Shown here: piece after piece, positions 7,155 through 13,796 of the stretch
Position numbering within the stretch: the stretch's first letter is position 1
How the letters are laid out: each line of letters opens with the position of its first letter
Source: a virus
Lineage: Duplodnaviria; Caudoviricetes
Virus record (IMG/VR): IMGVR_UViG_3300030392_000962
Span: 1 to 40,134 of that record
Reading direction: 5' to 3' (one strand)
Length of the DNA: 40,134 nucleotides
Position numbers and translations under genes: made by a program
Notes under the pieces: generated by a model
What the model was told of the DNA's origin: nothing
Databases searched by the model: none
Seen by the model: only the letters and a program-made list of their open reading frames with translations

Positions 7155-8097
7155 GGTGCCCGGCTAATGTGGGCACCCTCTTCATTAATTCCCTGAGCGC
7201 ATAAGCGGCCTGTGCGGGCACGACGGCATTGCCCAACATCATCAGCGCAGCCACCCTATCCTCGATTTTCCAAGCATCATCCACGTTACGAACCGAACAT
7301 TCAGGCGCATACATCCCACTCCGCACTGGTGTTCCGTGCTTACAGGTTGCGGGGGCGAGCTCTGGGTAGTGTTCGACAATCCATTCCCAGCTTGGATCTC
7401 CCGGTCCTGGGGGGAATTCAGGGAGTTCGGGTCTGTTGATATTCCCTTCTCTCCCCCTCGTGACTTGCTCATCTTCTTCCGATTCGGTTTCCCCACAATC
7501 GCAGGGTGATTGCTCAGTCCCTGTTGTCCAAAGTTCGGCCTGTTGGAGATTTTCTCTGCTTCCGCCACCGTTGGCGTGGGCCAGGATGAAGAGCCGTTCT
7601 CGACGGTGACTTGCGCCGATGTCCGAGGCCTTGAAACAGTCCCACTCCGCATCGTACCCGCTTTCGGCCAGTTCTCCGAGAATGGTACCAAAGTACTCGT
7701 GAGCAACGAGGCCTGGGACGTTTTCCAGGAAGACGTAGCGTGGTCGTAGTTCGCGTATGATCCTGATGGTATCGGGGAAGAGATTTCTATCGTCTGAGGC
7801 ACCGGATTGTTTGCCGGCGACCGAAAAGGGCTGGCAGGGGAAACCGGCGATAACGAGGTCCACCTTTCCAGCAAAGAGTTCTGTTGGGAAGGTTTTAACA
7901 TCAGACCAGATCGGAGCCTCGTCAAGTAGTCCTTCTGAAGCTCTCTCTGCCAGGATTCTCGCGGCCTTGATTTCCCGTTCAACGTAACAGATCGTTCTAG
8001 TCGGGAGAACATCTCGGACTCCGAGGTCGAGTCCACCGATTCCGCTGAACAAGCTGACGACGGTATATATAGCCACATTTGGGTCTCCTTTATTCAT
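7132..8097 (-). CDS. DNA (cytosine-5)-methyltransferase, large (alpha) polypeptide
   Basis: Motif I LFSGIGG, IV GFPCQPFS, VI ENV, VIII HRRERLF, X LGNAVVP; motif IX not evident. Confidence 0.95.
   Translation of the reverse strand: MNKGDPNVAIYTVVSLFSGIGGLDLGVRDVLPTRTICYVEREIKAARILAERASEGLLDEAPIWSDVKTFPTELFAGKVDLVIAGFPCQPFSVAGKQSGASDDRNLFPDTIRIIRELRPRYVFLENVPGLVAHEYFGTILGELAESGYDAEWDCFKASDIGASHRRERLFILAHANGGGSRENLQQAELWTTGTEQSPCDCGETESEEDEQVTRGREGNINRPELPEFPPGPGDPSWEWIVEHYPELAPATCKHGTPVRSGMYAPECSVRNVDDAWKIEDRVAALMMLGNAVVPAQAAYALRELMKRVPTLAGHQFEAVWQ
7242..8078 (-). CDS. Nested alternative-frame ORF, probable MTase beta polypeptide (M.EcoHK31I-like)
   Basis: 278 aa open in another frame inside the MTase gene; WPTP segment and C-terminal RLNVRFVTWMM..IGW resembling motif IX. 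Confidence 0.7.
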   Translation of the reverse strand: MWLYIPSSACSAESVDSTSESEMFSRLERSVTLNGKSRPRESWQRELQKDYLTRLRSGLMLKPSQQNSLLERWTSLSPVSPASPFRSPANNPVPQTIEISSPIPSGSYANYDHATSSWKTSQASLLTSTLVPFSENWPKAGTMRSGTVSRPRTSAQVTVENGSSSWPTPTVAEAEKISNRPNFGQQGLSNHPAIVGKPNRKKMSKSRGGEKGISTDPNSLNSPQDREIQAGNGLSNTTQSSPPQPVSTEHQCGVGCMRLNVRFVTWMMLGKSRIGWLR

Positions 8098-8116
8098 TGC
8101 CACACAGCCTCAAATT
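8094..8116. repeat. 23-bp direct repeat, copy 2
   Basis: Identical to 7132-7154; contains a GAGG RBS and the stop/start overlap on the minus strand. Confidence 0.95.
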
Positions 8117-8495
8117 TGCGCCGTTGAATTCTCAGTATATGATTCTCGGCGCACTTATATGAATTCCAGTAGCCGTGACTCTGAAACGTCGCCGGCGTAC
8201 CGCAGTAGGGACATCGGATTCGTTCGCCGCCATTTCTACCCAGACCGCCCCGGCCCATCAGGATCACGCAGTATCTGCCCCGCAGGGCGTCGTTGTCGCC
8301 CTCGTAGCGAGCATAGTCCAGCAGCCCCTTGAACAGCGCCTTGTCGGCATTCTCGGCGACGTATGCATAGTCTGCCCACCCACATGTAAAGCAGGCCGGC
8401 TCGTCACGGGAACTGTCTACCCGGCCTGAACACCTGGGACACCGGGCAGGAACCGTGCTGTGACTGACATCGGTTAGCTCGTCGATAGTTTCCAT
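8094..8495 (-). CDS. Zinc-ribbon hypothetical protein
   Basis: CPRC..CFTCG and CPYCG..CxxxH. Confidence 0.75.
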   Translation of the reverse strand: METIDELTDVSHSTVPARCPRCSGRVDSSRDEPACFTCGWADYAYVAENADKALFKGLLDYARYEGDNDALRGRYCVILMGRGGLGRNGGERIRCPYCGTPATFQSHGYWNSYKCAENHILRIQRRKFEAVWQ

Positions 8496-8824
8496 TGACT
8501 GTCATATTCTCCATTCCCGCCGCCATATGATAGGATCGCGGCAATTTCATCGAGGTGGGCCGGCCTCCAGAGGTAGACCTCCTGCCCCGCCACTACCAGT
8601 GCGTCCAGCCATTCGACCTGTGGAGGCTTGATCACCCCCTTTGCAGATTTAAGCTCCGCAAAGACAAGCCGGTTGTCTCGTACCAGGGTTTCGTCAGGGA
8701 ACCCTGCGGGAGACCTCTGGGAGCGATACGTGTGATACCGTAACCAGTGGGTCAAGCGGCACAGGTCCCTTACCGCCCGCTCAAGTTCCTTCTCGGTCAT
8801 CTCTCCACCAATTTCAGTGGTCAT
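8474..8824 (-). CDS. VRR-NUC family PD-(D/E)xK nuclease (Holliday junction resolvase-like)
   Basis: YHT..SxxGFPD..LVFAELK..G...Q..WL..L..WRP; start may instead be 8800. Confidence 0.85.
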   Translation of the reverse strand: MTTEIGGEMTEKELERAVRDLCRLTHWLRYHTYRSQRSPAGFPDETLVRDNRLVFAELKSAKGVIKPPQVEWLDALVVAGQEVYLWRPAHLDEIAAILSYGGGNGEYDSQWKLSTS

Positions 8825-8836
8825 TCCGTTCCCCTC

Positions 8837-9042
8837 ATGTGACGAGGGCCTCGTCACGTTATTTTTTAAACCTGTCATGTGCCGACACTATCGTCACGTC
8901 CTGACACATAATCCTCGGAACGGCTGTATACTGCGGTTCCTGATGTGACGAATGCACGTCACGTCCCGTCGCATCACCTTAATTATAAGAGTCAAAATCA
9001 TAACGTGACGAGATTTATCTCTTATAAGGGCGTCAGTCACGT
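8837..9042. repeat. Iteron-like TCGTCACGT repeats in both orientations; putative replication origin
   Basis: Copies at 8837(inv), 8851, 8891, 8943(inv), 8956, 9003(inv), 9035; AT-rich inverted TTATAAGAG/CTCTTATAA; directly downstream of the helicase-like gene. Confidence 0.65.
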
Positions 9043-10353
9043 TGTTTTAACTGAGTAAAAGACTTCTTTTCCGCGCTTGATCTTGTTAAATTTCGAGGTA
9101 TCAGAAAAAACCGTCGTGACGGTCGAGCGTGCTATACCCAGTTTTGCAGCGATGTTAGTAGCAGTATCCTCCCCGGCCTCGTGTAACAAATGATCTGTGA
9201 TCTGCTCGGTAACTGATCGCTGTTCAGTGGCCTTCAGTTCTGGGTAGTCCTCGGCCTTCGCCACGCGCATAGACTGAAGACCGTACTCGTCAAAGGTTAG
9301 GCCGTAGTAGGACGGCCTCGCGAGTTCAGTATCGTTGGCCTTGGCCATGCTCAGTTGGATGCCGCGCTCGTTGTCCCGCTGCACCAGCGTCTGCCGCACG
9401 ACGATGTCGGCTGCATTTTCAAACATGGTTGATCCAAATACGTTATCGCTGTTACGCGGCGGGTGAGCGATTGCAAGCCATGAGGTGCCAAATCCATTCA
9501 GCGCATCGGTGATGCTGTTGCCGACCTCGTTATCGTTAAGGTTGCCCATGCCGGCGCGGCTGATAGAGTCGAGCACAACAAATTCAACACCGAGCTTTTC
9601 GATAGCCTGCCGGATACCGGAGCGCACGTCTGCGAGGCCCTTGCCCCGTGCGTTGAGGGTAAGAAGGGGACGATCAGGAGGCAGCCCGAGTGCGCCGTTA
9701 ACCGCACCAATACGGCGCTGTATGCTCGACGCACTTCGCTCAAGATTAACAAATAAAGATTTTTTTTGGCTGACTTTCCAGTAATGGTTGGTGTTGGAAT
9801 CTGTTGCGACACACATAGCCATAGCAATGTAGCTCTTGCCCGAGCCGCGTTGCCCTACGAGGATCGTACCGCCCTGCTCGATGACGAGAGGGTGGATCAG
9901 AAACTGTGGAGGATCACCCAGCGGATCACCGGCGAGTTCGGTAGGCTGATACTGTCCGATCCAAACATCCCAGACAAGTCGGCAGAAATTATCGAAATCA
10001 TATTTAAGTAACATCTGCGTGTACGTTGTACCGTCCGCTGTTTTGGGCGGTTCGTCACCGAGCAGTTTATGAGCGGCGTTCGACAGGCGGCCGCGTTCCG
10101 CATGGCGCTCGATGTTGAACGTGTCATAGCCGAGAGACACACGGTTACTCTTACATGATAGATACTCATGCGAAGCTTCGCTGCATAAAAACATTTCCAC
10201 ATACGAATGAACACCCGTTGAGCTTGGCCTGACGTTCAAAGCCTCAAACTCGATGCGGTCTGGACTTTCCAGTTCCTTGTGGGTAGTGACGATTTTACCG
10301 TCGCCGCGCTCGCCGTCAATGAGCGTTGGCGGAGGAAGATTAATGATTGCCAT
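9037..10353 (-). CDS. RecA-family (AAA_25/RepA-like) helicase-type ATPase with C-terminal HTH
   Basis: Walker A GQRGSGKS, Walker B VVLDSIS, AH..FGS motif, C-terminal TATNIAAKLGIARSTV HTH. Confidence 0.85.
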   Translation of the reverse strand: MAIINLPPPTLIDGERGDGKIVTTHKELESPDRIEFEALNVRPSSTGVHSYVEMFLCSEASHEYLSCKSNRVSLGYDTFNIERHAERGRLSNAAHKLLGDEPPKTADGTTYTQMLLKYDFDNFCRLVWDVWIGQYQPTELAGDPLGDPPQFLIHPLVIEQGGTILVGQRGSGKSYIAMAMCVATDSNTNHYWKVSQKKSLFVNLERSASSIQRRIGAVNGALGLPPDRPLLTLNARGKGLADVRSGIRQAIEKLGVEFVVLDSISRAGMGNLNDNEVGNSITDALNGFGTSWLAIAHPPRNSDNVFGSTMFENAADIVVRQTLVQRDNERGIQLSMAKANDTELARPSYYGLTFDEYGLQSMRVAKAEDYPELKATEQRSVTEQITDHLLHEAGEDTATNIAAKLGIARSTVTTVFSDTSKFNKIKRGKEVFYSVKTT

Positions 10354-10660
10354 GAAGTTGCTCCTTTAGTCCAGCCACTTTTTGAGAGACAACATACTGA
10401 TCAGCGCGTGGGCGATAACGTGTGAACCGAGCGGGGAGGCGTGTGACAGGAGTCCAGTCGGGATTAATCAAAGTCTCGATGAGATTGTATGCAAAGAGGG
10501 CCTCGCCCTCAGTTTTAAACTGGCTGTTATAGGCGTAGAGGCCCCGGAGAGAGTCCAGTGCGCCCTCCAGACGCTGGACCCTCTCGGAAAGCTCTGTATG
10601 GCGACGTGAGTGGTTTAAAAGGATGGTCGAAAAGGTGCGTAGGACACTCGCTAACTGCAT
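10340..10660 (-). CDS. Hypothetical protein
   Basis: TAATG coupling to the upstream gene; carries the AAGGAG RBS of the helicase gene at its end. Confidence 0.65.
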   Translation of the reverse strand: MQLASVLRTFSTILLNHSRRHTELSERVQRLEGALDSLRGLYAYNSQFKTEGEALFAYNLIETLINPDWTPVTRLPARFTRYRPRADQYVVSQKVAGLKEQLHGNH

Positions 10661-11751
10661 TAGCTGCCCCCTGCGTTAGTTTCCTTCCCGCCGTCGGCAG
10701 ATAATTTCTGTGACACAAGGGCGTTAATAGCTTCCATCGCGCTTATGTGATCATTCGACGTCAGCTTTGGCCACTCTTTCTTGTAGTTGTCCAACACCCA
10801 CTTTTTAACCTGGTCTGGTGTCCACTCCAGAACTTTAGACGCCTCGTCTATTGAATCCCTGGCTGCACTGGCAATCGCCGATGGCTGATTGCACCATGCA
10901 GACCCAGACTTATGTGCCCACACGGGCATTTTCCCTTTTTTAAAAAATTCTTCACTGTGAATCGGGCAGATGTCAAACCAACTGTGACTACCGTCTTTCA
11001 CCTCTGCTTCAACTGTTGCGGTAGCCACTGGCTGCGGGTCAACGTCGGCGTGATCTACCTGTGCCCGTTTAAAGATGGCACTGGAGCCGGTAACATTTTT
11101 TATTAAATTAACGAATGCCCGTTTGATTGCCCTGTCTTGGACATTGTTCGGGAGGTCGGCCCGGTCCATGCCGTTAAACTTTTTTTCTTTTGACCATGCC
11201 ATTGCGACCCATGCGGCATAGGAATTGCCGTTGGCATCGAGAGCCTCGGCGCGGTATTTGTACCTAAACTCGAAGTTGTCCCAGTCCTCGAACTCCTCGA
11301 TGGCAACCGGCCGCCATGAGATATTAAACATCGCCCTCAGATTCTCTGCGCCGGCCTCGTACAGGGCTAGTTGGCCTTTACCAGCCGGATCGCCGTAGTC
11401 GATATTTTTTTCCATCTCCTGTACTGCTGCTGTAACTAGATTTCTACGCCTTTTTACCTCTGCAAGCGACATAACCTCCTCAACCTGGTTGGCCATCTGT
11501 ATCTCAGGATCCTGTTTGACTAGCTCGTGGCTTTGCATTTTTCCTCTCCTTCGCGCAATAGTTTTTTTATAATTGTCTACAGTGCCTAGTGACGGTGGCT
11601 CGGGATAACACTCGCAGCGGAGGCCGTACTTTTTCTCCCCGGTCACACCGCCGAGCCAAATGATCTGAACCTGGGCTTCGCAGACTGTGCAGGAACGATT
11701 TTTTACAAGGGGCTCGAGCTCGTCATAGGTAGTTGGGAGTTCAGTTGCCAT
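10660..11751 (-). CDS. Putative phage recombination/ssDNA-annealing-type protein with N-terminal zinc finger
   Basis: GGAGG RBS; DYG..L..GAExL..F and N...AxKRAxV..TGxS.IF motifs; position at the head of the replication operon. Function is inferred. Confidence 0.55.
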   Translation of the reverse strand: MATELPTTYDELEPLVKNRSCTVCEAQVQIIWLGGVTGEKKYGLRCECYPEPPSLGTVDNYKKTIARRRGKMQSHELVKQDPEIQMANQVEEVMSLAEVKRRRNLVTAAVQEMEKNIDYGDPAGKGQLALYEAGAENLRAMFNISWRPVAIEEFEDWDNFEFRYKYRAEALDANGNSYAAWVAMAWSKEKKFNGMDRADLPNNVQDRAIKRAFVNLIKNVTGSSAIFKRAQVDHADVDPQPVATATVEAEVKDGSHSWFDICPIHSEEFFKKGKMPVWAHKSGSAWCNQPSAIASAARDSIDEASKVLEWTPDQVKKWVLDNYKKEWPKLTSNDHISAMEAINALVSQKLSADGGKETNAGGS

Positions 11752-11770
11752 CGCAGCCTCCATGTTTAGT

Positions 11771-11866
11771 GTGGCTGCCGGGCAAAGAGCTTTGGGAGAG
11801 CCCGTTTGTAGGAGTGTGTGTTAGCGCGAACTACTGGCTGGATAGCTGCGCCAGCCCGACAGCCAC
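11771..11866 (-). ncRNA. Candidate 96-nt structured RNA (three-way junction with anti-SD single strands)
   Basis: 13-bp closing stem GTGGCTGTCGGGC/GCCCGGCAGCCAC, two internal hairpins; begins 6 nt after a -10 box. Confidence 0.55.
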
Positions 11867-11871
11867 GAGCC

Positions 11872-11900
11872 ATCCTATATCGATTCAGTAGCTATGTCAA
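11872..11900 (-). promoter_or_regulatory. Sigma70 promoter for the structured RNA and replication operon
   Basis: TTGACA-17 bp-TAGGAT on the minus strand. Confidence 0.7.
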
Positions 11901-11916
11901 CCCCTATCTAGGGGGA

Positions 11917-12165
11917 TTAGTTGCTGTTATCCACTGCGTTGTCATTGTGGTAGTAGTCCCGCACGTCGCCGAGCATTGTCTCGGCCTCGGCGGGATGACG
12001 GTAGACATGGCGGGCGAGAATCTGGCGGACGCGCTGAAAAGAAACATCCTGTTCTGCCGCAATCTCTCGGAGTGTTTTCTGCTGCCTGCGAGCCTCTATG
12101 ATAGCTGCGTTTCGGTCATGTTTTTCAGGCGAGCCGCCCCTGCGGCCGCTCTTGGTACTAACCAT
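11917..12165 (-). CDS. HTH DNA-binding protein (sigma region 4-like)
   Basis: RNAAIIEAR..KTLREIA..VSFQRVRQIL. Confidence 0.8.
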   Translation of the reverse strand: MVSTKSGRRGGSPEKHDRNAAIIEARRQQKTLREIAAEQDVSFQRVRQILARHVYRHPAEAETMLGDVRDYYHNDNAVDNSN

Positions 12166-12344
12166 TATTCGTTTTCCAGAACTTTAAGGGAGACTCCGCC
12201 GAGGAAGCCGAATATCCCCCCAATAACGGCTGTCACGATTTCAGTCGCACTCATCTCCATTCCTACATAGAGTGCCGCGCAGCTAAATATAGTCGCGCAA
12301 ATTACAGCAAGGGCAATTTGTGGGCGAAATTTTCCCCAGTTCAT
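12165..12344 (-). CDS. Small two-TM membrane protein, holin candidate, 59 aa (not in ORF track)
   Basis: GGAGG RBS; MNWGKFRPQIALAVICATIFSCAALYVG..IVTAVIGGIFGFLGGVSLKVLENE; TAATG coupling; TGGTATAAT extended -10 at 12369-12377. Confidence 0.75.
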   Translation of the reverse strand: MNWGKFRPQIALAVICATIFSCAALYVGMEMSATEIVTAVIGGIFGFLGGVSLKVLENE

Positions 12345-12444
12345 ACATATCCTCCGTTCAGCCTAGACATTATACCACTATGGAGGAATATCTCTTCCAA
12401 GCCTCTTACTATACTGCCGGTACAGCCATTGAAACTTCCACGTC

Positions 12445-13632
12445 CTAATCGTTGGTTAATGTCTCAGTGGGCGTCCCTATCGTCACTTCCACGTTGTCAG
12501 TCACATTCCAGTTAGCCGCGGTTACGCTCTGGTGAATTTTGAACTCCTTAGTTGCGAAACCATCGGAAATCCCTATCTCGTTCAGCTCAATCGTTAATGT
12601 TCCGATTTTCATCCTATCGAAGACACAGGCACCGCCTTCGGAATATATGTTGGATAGAATCAGGTTGCCTATTTTGCCGTTCACCGCTGTTGTAGGGGCA
12701 TCTATATGTATGCGGTCATACGAACCTCCAGACGTGACCATTGCCTCTGCCTGATGATGCCCGCCACCTATCGCTCTCATCCGAGAAGTGCCTGGAGTTT
12801 GATTGATCGACTGACCGTCTGAGGCATTTCCGATGATGTTTATCGTATGTGCCGTGGTGTTATCGAAATACAGATATGAACAACGAGACTTTTCAAGGAG
12901 CATTTCCCCTATCTCTAAATACGTAGAAGTGCCGCCACCGATCACAGTACCGCCAATCAGCACAGCCGTGGAGGTAGCCGCAGTACCACTAGCGGAGGTA
13001 TGGGCAGACGATGGTATTGCCCCGCCTGTATACACTGAGCCAACACTGACATTTTCAATTTTTATTTCTCGTACTGGCACAACGCCCAGCACAATTCTCA
13101 ACGTGTTATCATTTTTGTTTTCTTTGCGGAATGCAAGCATTTCTTCAAGAGCAGCCGAGGGAGTATCTACAGGCGCTGCATACACACCGGCATCTCCAGC
13201 TCTGAATGACCTATCCTGAAGTACCGTTTCATTCACAATTACCCCTGTCCCTGCCGTACTGCCCGCCACCAGTAGGGCCGCCGCCGCTTGAGGATTCAGG
13301 CCACAGGCCCGAAGCAAGCTGTATGGGCTTCGTGCCACTTGGAACACCCGCTTCCACTTAGTGGATTCTGACTGTAGATACTCGACTTTCTCAAGGAGCC
13401 AGTTCCTGTAGACTACGGACTTCCTATATGCCTTGAGAGGGCTGCGCCATATGGCCCCAGGCGTCGCTACAATGCCCCTCCAGATAGCCCGGAAGAAACG
13501 CCCTACCGAACAGACTACAGCACAGAACCCCCGTCCCACAGCACAGAACCCCCGCCATATGTTGTGGGGAATCGCCGCGATCCAGTGCCACGCCGCAATT
13601 AGCCACCCCAGTATAGCCAGGTCGATTCTCAT
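12445..13632 (-). CDS. Hypothetical membrane-associated protein with amphipathic N-terminal repeats and a beta-rich C-terminal domain
   Basis: 395 aa; W/F-periodic N-terminus, hydrophobic segment around aa 110-135, beta-strand-rich remainder. Confidence 0.75.
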   Translation of the reverse strand: MRIDLAILGWLIAAWHWIAAIPHNIWRGFCAVGRGFCAVVCSVGRFFRAIWRGIVATPGAIWRSPLKAYRKSVVYRNWLLEKVEYLQSESTKWKRVFQVARSPYSLLRACGLNPQAAAALLVAGSTAGTGVIVNETVLQDRSFRAGDAGVYAAPVDTPSAALEEMLAFRKENKNDNTLRIVLGVVPVREIKIENVSVGSVYTGGAIPSSAHTSASGTAATSTAVLIGGTVIGGGTSTYLEIGEMLLEKSRCSYLYFDNTTAHTINIIGNASDGQSINQTPGTSRMRAIGGGHHQAEAMVTSGGSYDRIHIDAPTTAVNGKIGNLILSNIYSEGGACVFDRMKIGTLTIELNEIGISDGFATKEFKIHQSVTAANWNVTDNVEVTIGTPTETLTND

Positions 13633-13796
13633 ATCAGCCTCGATAAAACAGTCACTATGATCAATAAAATTAAAAGAAAAAATCCAACGCCTTGCATCAT
13701 CAGTATCAGGTTGATGCGACGCTGCTGGGCTCTTAACTCCATAAGAGACATACTCATATTCTGCTTCAACGTCTCGAAGCGCTCCTTTTCATTCAC
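13629..13796 (-). CDS. Small coiled-coil + C-terminal TM protein, 55 aa (not in ORF track)
   Basis: GTG start; MNEKERFETLKQ..RRINLILMMQGVGFFLLILLIIVTVLSRLI; GTGA/ATGA overlaps on both sides. Confidence 0.7.
   Translation of the reverse strand: MNEKERFETLKQNMSMSLMELRAQQRRINLILMMQGVGFFLLILLIIVTVLSRLI

Noticed and set aside
11818-12270. 150-aa plus-strand ORF preceded by AGGAG
   Set aside because: It is antisense to two well-supported minus-strand genes and a promoter, and the sequence is not protein-like.
12445-13632. Tape-measure protein, suggested by W/F-periodic repeats
   Set aside because: The repeats cover only ~70 aa, and no tail tube or tail assembly chaperone genes are seen.
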